The notes under the pieces are model-generated. The model was not told the DNA's origin and made no database searches. It worked only from the letters and a program-made list of their open reading frames with translations. From assembly GCA_049324195.1 (NCBI GenBank), contig JBMOKZ010000379.1, forward strand, positions 1 through 45,442: 45,442 nt of DNA, written 5' to 3'. The DNA is from Candidatus Zixiibacteriota bacterium. GTDB lineage: Bacteria; Zixibacteria; MSB-5A5; GN15; FEB-12. The position numbers and the translations under genes were made by a program. Of this stretch, positions 10,197 to 19,316 are shown piece by piece. The number at the start of each line of letters is the position of its first letter. The stretch's first letter is position 1.

Positions 10197-11126
10197 ATGG
10201 CTTTTGGGAAAATTATTGTAACGACTGTTTTGTCGATATTGGCTATTGCCGTGGCGGTACCAGCCTTCGAACTGCCAACGTCAGTTTTCGACCGGGAAAA
10301 ACAGGCGCTTAAGTACAGCTACACCAATCTTGGTTTGAACGCCCCGTTCGCTGACGAGTTCGACGATACCGATAATCCCGAAGCTGTCAAACTCGAAGAG
10401 AAAACATCGAAACCGGGTCATAAATCACCCGGGCGAGCGTTTGTTTATTCTCTCGTTCTGCCGGGACTGGGTCAGTACTATTACGGCAGCAAGGTCAAGG
10501 CCGCCTTTTTTCTCGGGACGGAAATCACCGCCTGGACGCTGTGTCTTATATGGCATGCCGACGGTGTTGACCTGACCGACGATTTCGAGGCTTTCAACCG
10601 GGAACACTGGATTGAAGACAGGTACGTTGATTATCTCCAAATGGCATATGGAGAGGAATATACTGATGATGAGGATATCCCCGTCAGCGAGAATGAGGGG
10701 ATTATCCACAATTTGCCCGATACCCGCACCCAGCAATATTACGAGATGACCGGAAAGTACGACCAGTTCGCCTGGGGCTGGGAGGACGCTGTGCTCGATG
10801 GTGACTCTCTTTATGATTTTGATGCCGGGAATCCGCCGCCGAAAATTTATGAAGAAGGCACCACACCGTATTCGGCGCTGCGTTTTGTTTACGAGGATAT
10901 GCGCGAAGACGCCAATAATAAATTCGATAATTCCAAAAAGATGGTCATGGTCGCCATTTTAAACCGCCTGATAAGCGGCTTCGAGGCGTACTTCATGACC
11001 AAACACCGTAACAGTCAGGCGGGGAACGACAACTCGTTTTTTAGCCGGGTCGATTTCGACGCCCGCTTGAAATCGTGTTATGCCGTTAACGATACGCCGT
11101 TTCTTAAGATGACGGTTAAATTTTAA
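10197..11126 (+). CDS. Hypothetical envelope protein, paralogue A of a tandem pair
   Basis: ATG follows AGGAA. The N-terminus is hydrophobic (MAFGKIIVTTVLSILAIAVAVPA). The motif YSLVLPGLGQYYYGSKVKAAFFLGTEITAW is shared with the next ORF. The C-terminus FLKMTVKF ends in Phe, like an OMP beta-signal. I recognise no family with confidence (possibly DUF5683-like). Confidence 0.55.
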   Translation: MAFGKIIVTTVLSILAIAVAVPAFELPTSVFDREKQALKYSYTNLGLNAPFADEFDDTDNPEAVKLEEKTSKPGHKSPGRAFVYSLVLPGLGQYYYGSKVKAAFFLGTEITAWTLCLIWHADGVDLTDDFEAFNREHWIEDRYVDYLQMAYGEEYTDDEDIPVSENEGIIHNLPDTRTQQYYEMTGKYDQFAWGWEDAVLDGDSLYDFDAGNPPPKIYEEGTTPYSALRFVYEDMREDANNKFDNSKKMVMVAILNRLISGFEAYFMTKHRNSQAGNDNSFFSRVDFDARLKSCYAVNDTPFLKMTVKF

Positions 11127-11140
11127 ATCAGGTTGGACCA

Positions 11141-11947
11141 ATGAGGAAACTAATACCGAGTATTATTTTCGTTTTTATTCTCTGTGTCGGTACCGCCGCC
11201 ACGGCGGTGGAGCTTAAATCCACGCCCGTGCAAAACGCTATGGAAATCCAGCTGGCGCTGGCCAGCCGGGGCGATGAATTCGACCAGCTAAACCGGAAGA
11301 AAACCGATGATGTGACCGCCACCGAGAATAAAATCGAAACAGGGACCAACAGTCCCAAAGCGGTCTGGAAAGCCGGTTTGCTTTCCGCGCTGGTGCCCGG
11401 AGCTGGGGAGTTCTATCTCGGTAACAAGGCCAAAGCCCGGTATTTTTTCGCCGCCGAGGCTCTGACCTGGGTGGGTTTTATCGCTTTCCGGACATACGGC
11501 AGCTGGCGCAAAGATGACTATATCGAATACGCCGCCAAATACGCCGACGCCCATATCGGCGACAAAGACGATGAATTTCACGACCTGGTCGGGTTTTACT
11601 CCAGCATCTATGAATATAACACTCTCGGCCGGGTAGGTGACCCGGAACGGGCGTATCTCGAAGACACTCCGGAGAATCACTGGCTCTGGGACAGTCCCGA
11701 GGACCAGGCGACTTACCGGGCGCTCAAGACGAGCAGTAAGGATGCTTATAACCGGGCTAATTTCGCGCTCGGGGTGGCCGCCATCGCCAGAATTATTTCG
11801 GTAATTGACGCGGTGCGCGACGCCCGCAAACAAAACCAGCGCATCGATAAGGAATTTTCCCGGTCAGATAAGATTAATTATAAATTCAGCGTAAATCCGT
11901 TCAGCGAAACCGGACAGGTTAAATTTACCCTTTATGCTCCGTTTTAA
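11141..11947 (+). CDS. Hypothetical envelope protein, paralogue B of a tandem pair
   Basis: Signal peptide MRKLIPSIIFVFILCVGTAATA. The shared motif is LSALVPGAGEFYLGNKAKARYFFAAEALTW. A second shared block is ARIISVIDAV, versus NRLISGFEAY in paralogue A. The C-terminus QVKFTLYAPF ends in Phe. Confidence 0.55.
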   Translation: MRKLIPSIIFVFILCVGTAATAVELKSTPVQNAMEIQLALASRGDEFDQLNRKKTDDVTATENKIETGTNSPKAVWKAGLLSALVPGAGEFYLGNKAKARYFFAAEALTWVGFIAFRTYGSWRKDDYIEYAAKYADAHIGDKDDEFHDLVGFYSSIYEYNTLGRVGDPERAYLEDTPENHWLWDSPEDQATYRALKTSSKDAYNRANFALGVAAIARIISVIDAVRDARKQNQRIDKEFSRSDKINYKFSVNPFSETGQVKFTLYAPF

Positions 11948-11950
11948 AAT

Positions 11951-12913
11951 ATGGCTTTTAAAAAGCTTGTTCTGTTATTGACGGCCGGATGGCTATTAAT
12001 TACGGCCTGTTCCAAACCTCCATCGGATATCCAGGAAAACGCCCCTGTCGCCGTACCGCTTGCCATGCTCGTCGAGAGGGAAATATCCGGGACGGTTCTG
12101 GGTCAGTCCCTGAAAACGCCGATGGGAATAACGGTCGATTATCAGGGACAATTATATGTCTGCGACGCCGGTAATAACCGGCTGCTTCGCTTCGATGAAA
12201 AGTTTATGCCGCAAAGAGAGTACGGCGGTTACGGGAGCCTCGAGGGCCTGTTCAATCATCCCGGATATATTGTTATCGATAACGGGCTGAATCTCTGGGT
12301 CGCCGATGTCGGCAACCGGCGGTTGAGCCGTCACAACCGGGAATTGAATTTCGTCGACGAAATCAAGCTCGTCGATTATGACGAACCGCTCAAGTACGGC
12401 GAACCCTCGGGTATCGCTCTGACGCCCTACGGCGAAATCTGGATGTGTGACCGGGAAAAAGGCCGCCTCGCTATCTTCGATAATGTCGGCCAGTTCGACC
12501 GTTTTATCGGCGAATTCGGATATTCCGGCGGGCAGCTTCTGCAACCGGAAAAAATCATTTCCGATAGCCATGATAATTTCATCGTCTGTGACGCCGGTAA
12601 CCGCCGGATTGCGGTGTATGACCGCTATGGCAATTTTTCTTACGACCTCAGAAATAATGTTTTCGATTATCCGGTGGCGGCGGCGGCGGGGAACGATGGT
12701 AACCTGTGGGTGGTGGATAAAACCGCGGGGCGGGTGTATCTGGTCAGCCGACGCGGGGAAATCCTGTTCGAAACCGGTCCTTCGATTCCCGGGGTGAACA
12801 CCCCTCTCAAGAACCCGTCGGATATTATCGTCCTCAAAGACGGCCGGTTGATAATCTCCGACAGCGGTAATAACCGTCTGCTGGTATGTCAGGTCATGTT
12901 AGATAAACAGTAG
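11951..12913 (+). CDS. NHL-repeat beta-propeller lipoprotein
   Basis: Lipobox LLITAC follows the signal peptide. NHL-type blades repeat: CDAGNNRLLRFD, VADVGNRRLSRHN, MCDREKGRLAIFD, VCDAGNRRIAVYD, VVDKTAGRVYLVS, ISDSGNNRLLVC. The gap to the preceding gene is 3 nt. Confidence 0.75.
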   Translation: MAFKKLVLLLTAGWLLITACSKPPSDIQENAPVAVPLAMLVEREISGTVLGQSLKTPMGITVDYQGQLYVCDAGNNRLLRFDEKFMPQREYGGYGSLEGLFNHPGYIVIDNGLNLWVADVGNRRLSRHNRELNFVDEIKLVDYDEPLKYGEPSGIALTPYGEIWMCDREKGRLAIFDNVGQFDRFIGEFGYSGGQLLQPEKIISDSHDNFIVCDAGNRRIAVYDRYGNFSYDLRNNVFDYPVAAAAGNDGNLWVVDKTAGRVYLVSRRGEILFETGPSIPGVNTPLKNPSDIIVLKDGRLIISDSGNNRLLVCQVMLDKQ

Positions 12914-12923
12914 CCGTGCGGTT

Positions 12924-15900
12924 ATGCCGGGGTATTTCAGGAAAATATCATCCTACATCTTAATCGCTTCCGTAATGTGCGTGTCCGTTGCGGTGGCTGG
13001 AGCCAGAATCCAGCTGGTCGGAAACAATATTCCCAAAAACCTGACTGTGGGCAGCCGTTATATTTTCGCTGGTTCCGACACGCTTTATTTGAACGACCGG
13101 CTGCTGACGTGCGAAGTCGATTACCGTTTCCTGTCCGGGTACGGGTATTTCGATCTGTCGGCGCTGAATTTTTCAGCGAATGATACTCTGACCGTCGTTT
13201 ACACCCCTTTGCCGATCTGGCTTCAGAAGACTTACGGTCGGGCGCTGGAGCCGCTCGCCGCGTCGGCGAGCCGGGCAGTCAAACTTCCTGAGACAATCGA
13301 GGCGGTCGAGCGGATGCAACGTTCTCAAATCGATATTTCCGGAGCCAAATCATTTCGTTTTTCCGCCCGTTCAGCGGGCGCTTCGGAGTTCAGCCAGTCG
13401 CTTGATTTGAATATCGCCGGAGAACTGTCCCCGGGATTGGAAATATCCGGTTCCATTTCAGACCGGGGTTATGACCCCGCCTATGGTACGGCTAACAGCC
13501 GTCTCAATGAAATCGAGAAGATAAATATCCGTTTGAATTCCCGGAGGCTGACCGCCCAGGTAGGGGATATCCGGGTCAAAGCCGTGTCGTCCGATATTGT
13601 CGAAAAAAACGTGTCCGGAGCTTCATTCACACTATCATATCCCGCCTGGGGCGTGCGGGGAATGGTTGCCAGGCCGAAAGGGCTTTTCAGAACTTACAAA
13701 TTTTACGGTCAGGACGGTTTCCAGGGACCTTACCAGATCGGGGAGGGAAGTTCCATTTCACCGGTTGTGCCCGGCTCGGAAACTGTCTGGCTGGACGGCT
13801 CGCAACTGGAACGGGGAGCCAACAAGGATTACACCGTCGATTACGTGACCGGCCGAATTACGTTCAACGTCACCCGGCTTATTGATAGTCGCAGCCGGCT
13901 CGAAGTCGATTACGAGCCGCAGGCGACCGACTACAAGGGCGAGCTGTACGCCGCCAGCGCCGGGACAAAGATGAAGGATTCGCTCTTTTTCCTGACGGTC
14001 GATATCCTGCGCGAAGGGGACGATAAAAACCAGCCGCTTACCGGCGCGCTCTCGGAAAGCGATAAAAATTTGTTAAATGCGGGCGGCGACAGTTCCGTCT
14101 ACCGCTCGGGCGTAACGGCCGATACCTCGGGCAGTTTTATTCTGGTCGCCGACAGCCTGCCCGATTCTATATATCGTTTTGTCGGGGAAGGCAACGGGGA
14201 GTACGACGCGACCTTCAGCTATGTCGGCGACAATGCCGGTGGCTACCGTTTTCTCGGGAACGGTAATTACGAATATGTCGGCGACGGCGCCGGCGATTAC
14301 CGGCCGGTGGTGCTCGTACCCGCCCCGGTGCGAACGGATTATTTTCAGCTGACCACCGGCAGCCGCAGCGCTTTGCTCGGAACGCTTTCCGCCGATATCC
14401 GCACGACCAGCCATGATAAAAATCTTTTTTCGTCCCGTGATGACGGCGATAATACCGCCTGGTATTACGCACTCGGTGCGGCGCGGGACTGGTTCTGGCG
14501 CGACCGCATCAATCGCGTTGAGCTCAACCGGCGTGTGGTCGAAGCTGACTATAAGGTTCGGCAGCGGTTGAACCGGGCGGATTTCAGCCGGGATTTTCTG
14601 TTGCCGGTGAATTATGTCGTGCACGACGACGAAACATTGAACGAAATCAATGGTACGGTCAGCCCTTTACGGCAGTTCACTCTGACATCCTTTTATTCGA
14701 ATCTTGAATATGGAAGCAGTTTTTCAGCCCGCACTGGCGGCGTCAGCGCTGAACTTTATCCGTTGGAAAAACTGACCCTGTCCGGCGGCTGGCGGGGAAT
14801 TGCCTCCGACTATGAGGAGTCTCCGGGCAGCGGTCAGGGTTCGGCGGATAACGTCCAAACCACTCTCGACTACCTTTTCGACGAGCGGTTGCGACTTAAG
14901 ACCGGATTCGAATACGACGACCGCGTCAATGTCTATACGGCTCAAAAGCGGGGTACGCGCTATAACCGGGCCTGGCTCGAACTGGCCGGGAACGGGGTAA
15001 ATGTCCGCTATGAATATTACAACGAGGATACCCTGATGCAGGCGTGGACGGAAACGCTCGAACGCAACCGGGTGACCTCGGCTTTTAACCATCAGCTCGG
15101 CGACCTGGACTACGACCTGACGCTGTCGTATCAATGGCTCAACCAGCCACAGGTCGAAGAGACAAATTTCCTCGGGAGAATGAACCTGCGTTATTACCGT
15201 CCGCAGAACAAACTGCGTCTGGCGAGTTCGTACACCATCTCCGAAGAACTTCGCAACGAGCGGGGGCTGACTTATCTCGAAGTCGGGGAGGGTCTGGGGA
15301 ACTATATCCTCGAAGACGGCGAATATATCAGCGATCCCGACGGGAACTATATCCAGGTTGAGGAAATCCTGTCGGACAACGCCCGGGTGCGGCGGGGACA
15401 GAAAACTTTCGATGTCAGCAAGGATTGGCGGGTGGTGATGGTACGGTTCAATTCCGAGATTGAGGAGGAATTGCTTGACAGCGGCCGGCGTGCGGTATGG
15501 TGGGCGCTTCCGTTTTACAGCGACGAAAACGAACCGTATCTCTATTTTGACCGGCGATACGATGTTGATTTAAGAGCTGTTCCTCTGGGCGGTTTTCACG
15601 CCATCAACATCCATCTCTACGAAAAAACCGAAATAAGGTTCATCAGCGGCGCCTCAAGGAAACTTCGGGACACCCAAATCGAACTTGCGTTCAAACAGAA
15701 GTTACATGAAAGTTATTTCGTGGAAGCCCTGGAGCTGTTCAAGACCGCCCGCGACAGTTATTACAGCGGCGCGGGGAATATCAAGGGTTATAAAATAAAT
15801 CTGACATACCGGCTGCAGACCGCTTTCGGGGAACTAAGCGCGGGCGGCTCGTATCGCCGGGCAGACTCTGACGAGGATGAACGTTCGCGGATAATTTCGC

Positions 15901-16169
15901 TTTTAACCGGCAGCCGCCTTAAAATCGCGACTCGGGGAGAGATCCGAACGGAGCACGAACTTTACCGGCAGGAATTCGATAACCTCACCGGTTCCCCGTC
16001 CTACAAGCTAACCGGCAATAAACCCGGCGAGAAGGGCGCAGAATGGAAGCTCAGTTTTAACTATGGGGTCAGTGGCGGCCTGAGAATAAATCTGTCGGTG
16101 TCGGGTCGTCACGCCGACAACCGCACCGCTCGTATTACCGGTCGAGGGGAGGTGGTCGCCGGGTTTTAG
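12924..16169 (+). CDS. Large (1081 aa) uncharacterised secreted protein, probable outer-membrane beta-barrel
   Basis: Signal-like N-terminus MPGYFRKISSYILIASVMCVSVAVAGA. The sequence is rich in Y/R/G/D/N with many short alternating strands (LDYDLTLSYQWL, LRLASSYTISE, YKINLTYRLQ, WKLSFNYGVSGGLRINLSVSG). It ends in GEVVAGF, an aromatic terminal residue typical of OMPs. I recognise no family with confidence. Confidence 0.55.
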   Translation: MPGYFRKISSYILIASVMCVSVAVAGARIQLVGNNIPKNLTVGSRYIFAGSDTLYLNDRLLTCEVDYRFLSGYGYFDLSALNFSANDTLTVVYTPLPIWLQKTYGRALEPLAASASRAVKLPETIEAVERMQRSQIDISGAKSFRFSARSAGASEFSQSLDLNIAGELSPGLEISGSISDRGYDPAYGTANSRLNEIEKINIRLNSRRLTAQVGDIRVKAVSSDIVEKNVSGASFTLSYPAWGVRGMVARPKGLFRTYKFYGQDGFQGPYQIGEGSSISPVVPGSETVWLDGSQLERGANKDYTVDYVTGRITFNVTRLIDSRSRLEVDYEPQATDYKGELYAASAGTKMKDSLFFLTVDILREGDDKNQPLTGALSESDKNLLNAGGDSSVYRSGVTADTSGSFILVADSLPDSIYRFVGEGNGEYDATFSYVGDNAGGYRFLGNGNYEYVGDGAGDYRPVVLVPAPVRTDYFQLTTGSRSALLGTLSADIRTTSHDKNLFSSRDDGDNTAWYYALGAARDWFWRDRINRVELNRRVVEADYKVRQRLNRADFSRDFLLPVNYVVHDDETLNEINGTVSPLRQFTLTSFYSNLEYGSSFSARTGGVSAELYPLEKLTLSGGWRGIASDYEESPGSGQGSADNVQTTLDYLFDERLRLKTGFEYDDRVNVYTAQKRGTRYNRAWLELAGNGVNVRYEYYNEDTLMQAWTETLERNRVTSAFNHQLGDLDYDLTLSYQWLNQPQVEETNFLGRMNLRYYRPQNKLRLASSYTISEELRNERGLTYLEVGEGLGNYILEDGEYISDPDGNYIQVEEILSDNARVRRGQKTFDVSKDWRVVMVRFNSEIEEELLDSGRRAVWWALPFYSDENEPYLYFDRRYDVDLRAVPLGGFHAINIHLYEKTEIRFISGASRKLRDTQIELAFKQKLHESYFVEALELFKTARDSYYSGAGNIKGYKINLTYRLQTAFGELSAGGSYRRADSDEDERSRIISLLTGSRLKIATRGEIRTEHELYRQEFDNLTGSPSYKLTGNKPGEKGAEWKLSFNYGVSGGLRINLSVSGRHADNRTARITGRGEVVAGF

Positions 16170-16174
16170 GCGTT

Positions 16175-17815
16175 ATGAAAATGCTTTTACTTGTCATATT
16201 CCTTCTGGTCTGCTGGCCGGCATCAGTTTGCGCCGATGAGGTAAAATTTGTGGGCGAGCCGCCTCACGACGGAAAGATGCTGGGAAACGGTATAAATTTT
16301 CTGCTGCGGCAGGGACTTGATATTGAGGCAATCAGCGATTCCGTGCTCGGATGGTTATCCCGAGACGGTTATCTTGACGCCGGGATAGATATCGATTCTA
16401 ACCGGATTTCCATTACAGCCGGGCGGCGGTTTATTCTGGATAAGCTGGTGGTGGCTGGTGATTCGACGGTGGTTTATCCTAACGGGGACGTTTTCATCGA
16501 GGAGAATATCGACCGTGCCGTGCAGGCGGTGCTCGAGAAATATTATGACCGGGGTTTCTATTATACCCGGGCCAATATTATTTCGGTAAAACGCGAGGAA
16601 AACCGCGTCACGCTGGAACTGGAACTGTTGAAGGGTCCGCTCGTGACGGTCGGGAAAAATATCCTGCGCGGATTGACCCGAACCAGGCCGGACATTGTCC
16701 GTAAGTATTTACCTATCCGCGATGGCGACACTTTGACCGGGGAAACTGTCCGCCGGGCTGAGAACGCTGCGGCCGCCGTACCCTTTGTCGATTTCCGACC
16801 GCCTGTGACCGTACGGGCCGAATCCGGATTCAATCAGGCCGATCTTGTATTCGATTTCGTCGAGAAAAGACAATTCGCTTTTAACGGCGGCGCCGGGTAT
16901 ATCCCCGACGACCCTTCGGGCCTGGTCTGGAATATGGACTTGACCCTGAGCAATCTTTTCGGTGACGGTCGCCGCCTGCGCGTATATTCAGAACGGAAAA
17001 AAAAGGGCCGCAATATCCTCGATTTGTCGTATTCACAGCCGGTTTTCCTGCTGGGGCTGGGGGAGGCCGATTTCAAGGTCGCTACTCGCGATTATCGCGA
17101 CCAGTTTTATGAGTTCGCGCTCGATGGCGCCTATCGCACGGCCTTGAAACCGGGATTTATCACCGGTCTGTCGCTCAGCTGGAAAAGAGTCGAGCCGTCG
17201 ACCATTAACCCGGCTTATTCCCGTTTCACCGCAGGTTTTCTTTTAGAACGCCGGTCGCTTGACAGCGATTACAATCCTGCAAATGGTTACGTCGTCAACT
17301 GGACTATTGCGTTCGCGTATCGGAAGTATGATGAGGATACCCTGATGACGTGGGAAGCGGTATCATACAACGAAACCCGTACGGAGGTCGCCGCCGATTA
17401 TTACCGGAAACTGTTCGGTTCGCTGGTCTTCCATGTCGGAGTCAATTACCGGGGGCTGGAAACCGGCGAGGCTCTGCCGGCGCTGGCGGAACTTTATTTT
17501 GTTGGGGGACCGGGGACGATCCGCGGTTTCCGCAACGAACAATTCTCGGCCCGGCGCACGGCTTTCGGCACCCTGGAACCCCGATGGCGCTTCAGCAACG
17601 GTTATATGTTCCTGTTCTATGACGCCGCTTACCTGAACCGTCATCTCGCTGCCGGTGATGACCGGGTCGCTACCGAGGAGCTATATCGGTATGGTTATGG
17701 TTTCGGACTGGCCCTGAACGATTCGCAACGCTCGCTCAAAGTGGCGCTTGGCTGGAACCGGGATATGCCGCTCAACCAGCCGCGACTTTCGATCGAATTG
17801 TCATCCGACATTTAA
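16175..17815 (+). CDS. Omp85/BamA-TamA family outer-membrane protein (POTRA plus surface-antigen barrel)
   Basis: Signal peptide MKMLLLVIFLLVCWPASVCA. A POTRA-like region (ILRGLTRTRPDIVRKYLPIRDGDTL) is present. The barrel carries the loop-6 type motif YFVGGPGTIRGFRNEQF characteristic of Omp85 proteins. The gap to the upstream gene is 5 nt. Confidence 0.7.
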   Translation: MKMLLLVIFLLVCWPASVCADEVKFVGEPPHDGKMLGNGINFLLRQGLDIEAISDSVLGWLSRDGYLDAGIDIDSNRISITAGRRFILDKLVVAGDSTVVYPNGDVFIEENIDRAVQAVLEKYYDRGFYYTRANIISVKREENRVTLELELLKGPLVTVGKNILRGLTRTRPDIVRKYLPIRDGDTLTGETVRRAENAAAAVPFVDFRPPVTVRAESGFNQADLVFDFVEKRQFAFNGGAGYIPDDPSGLVWNMDLTLSNLFGDGRRLRVYSERKKKGRNILDLSYSQPVFLLGLGEADFKVATRDYRDQFYEFALDGAYRTALKPGFITGLSLSWKRVEPSTINPAYSRFTAGFLLERRSLDSDYNPANGYVVNWTIAFAYRKYDEDTLMTWEAVSYNETRTEVAADYYRKLFGSLVFHVGVNYRGLETGEALPALAELYFVGGPGTIRGFRNEQFSARRTAFGTLEPRWRFSNGYMFLFYDAAYLNRHLAAGDDRVATEELYRYGYGFGLALNDSQRSLKVALGWNRDMPLNQPRLSIELSSDI

Positions 17816-17852
17816 TTGTTGACTCCGACGGTCCGGACTTCTATTGTCCGGT

Positions 17853-18698
17853 ATGGACAAATTGCTGGAAACCTTGAAACTGATAAGAGTAGTCAACTGT
17901 CTGCTGGCTATGGCCGGAGTATATATCGGCGCTTATATGACCTGGACCGTTCCGGTTTATTACGGACCGGTAATGACGGCGATAGCGGCCTTTTTTGTCT
18001 GCGCGGTAGGTAATATCGTCAACGATATCGCCGACATTGAAATCGACCGTATCAACCGTCCCCGGCGGGTCCTGGTGAAAGGGACTCTTTCGCGCTCACG
18101 CGCTGTCAAAACCGCCATAATTTTCGCCCTGACGGCGCTGGTCGCGGCGCTCGCAGTCAATACCGCCTTATTGATTGCGGTGACGGCGGCTCTCGGGCTT
18201 CTTTTGCTCTATAATTTCTATTTGAAAAAGATTCCGGTGGTCGGCAACATTGTCGTTGCTTTGTTATCGGCGCTAACGTTCCTGACGGGCGGGTTGGCGG
18301 TAAATTACCGATGGCTCTTCGAACTTCCCGGACCGCTGGTGCCGGCCGTGTTCGCATTCTTTTTTCACCTGGTGCGGGAAATTTTAAAAGATGTCGAGGA
18401 TATCGACGGCGACCTGCAGGCCGGCGTTAAAACTCTTCCGCAGATAATCGGTGTTTCCAAAAGCCTGTTGACGATTATCGTTCTCTTTTTTGTGCTCGTG
18501 CTCGCCACTTATGTTCCCATTTTGACCGGCTGGTTTGGACGGGCTTATGAAATCCTGGTCGTTTACATAGTCGATTTACCGCTGTTGCTGTTGTTGATTT
18601 TTGTCTGGGGCAATCCCAGCGCCAGGATGCTACGGGTCGGGTCGTATGCGCTGAAGGCGGGGATGGTGCTTGGCCTGGCAGCGTTGATAACAGCTTAA
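17853..18698 (+). CDS. UbiA-family prenyltransferase, resembling (di)geranylgeranylglyceryl-phosphate synthase-type enzymes
   Basis: Polytopic membrane protein with the two Asp-rich UbiA motifs, NIVNDIADIEIDRINRPRR and LKDVEDIDGD. The track start is TTG 17844; ATG 17853 is preferred. Confidence 0.7.
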   Translation: MDKLLETLKLIRVVNCLLAMAGVYIGAYMTWTVPVYYGPVMTAIAAFFVCAVGNIVNDIADIEIDRINRPRRVLVKGTLSRSRAVKTAIIFALTALVAALAVNTALLIAVTAALGLLLLYNFYLKKIPVVGNIVVALLSALTFLTGGLAVNYRWLFELPGPLVPAVFAFFFHLVREILKDVEDIDGDLQAGVKTLPQIIGVSKSLLTIIVLFFVLVLATYVPILTGWFGRAYEILVVYIVDLPLLLLLIFVWGNPSARMLRVGSYALKAGMVLGLAALITA

Positions 18699-18872
18699 TT
18701 AACAAACTCCTTTTAAAATCATAACGATAATCAGAACTTAAGAATTGATATTTTATGCTCTCGTTCGTCAATAAAATAAAACGTTTTGAAAATCGACTAC
18801 GCCTCGCGTCAAATATCGTTGTCGCATCCTTCACCCGGCAAACCTCAAAAGGAACATTTTGTTCTGTGTGAT

Positions 18873-18881
18873 TGTTATAAT
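18873..18881 (+). promoter_or_regulatory. Extended -10 promoter element (TGTTATAAT) upstream of the 107-aa ORF
   Basis: TGnTATAAT is read directly at 18873-18881, about 80 nt upstream of ATG 18960. No good -35 is present. Confidence 0.35.
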
Positions 18882-18959
18882 AAGCAGGACGAAGACAGAA
18901 AAAGAAGTATTAATGCCGGTATTGAATTACCGGTAAGTCCCGAAAAGGTGGTGATTTAA

Positions 18960-19283
18960 ATGAAGTGCAACATCGAAAAACATCTTGATTCCTTTTACAA
19001 TATCAAGGTCATGTTGAAAAATATGCCGAGGGAGTTATGGGACATTTTTCTGCCGGAAAACGTTGAGGGTTTGCCTCAACTGGAAATGAATCTGCTGGCT
19101 TTTAAAATTCGCGAGACGGACCGCAACCGGGTTATGGTGCTGCAAAAATTATGCGGCTTTCCCTTGAGGCCGAACGCCTCTTTGCGTGAAACCCAGGCGA
19201 AAGCCAGACTTCAGGGATTGAGAAAAAAGAAACTTTTGGAGCGCTTGGAAAAGGACGATCAAGACCCCAATACACACGCATAG
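18960..19283 (+). CDS. Hypothetical small protein (107 aa)
   Basis: ATG is preceded by AAGGTGGTGA. A strong intrinsic terminator begins 34 nt after the stop. There are no recognisable motifs; the C-terminal tail is basic (KARLQGLRKKKLLERLEK). Confidence 0.45.
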   Translation: MKCNIEKHLDSFYNIKVMLKNMPRELWDIFLPENVEGLPQLEMNLLAFKIRETDRNRVMVLQKLCGFPLRPNASLRETQAKARLQGLRKKKLLERLEKDDQDPNTHA

Positions 19284-19316
19284 CAATTATGCCTATTGGG
19301 TGATTATTTACCCAGC

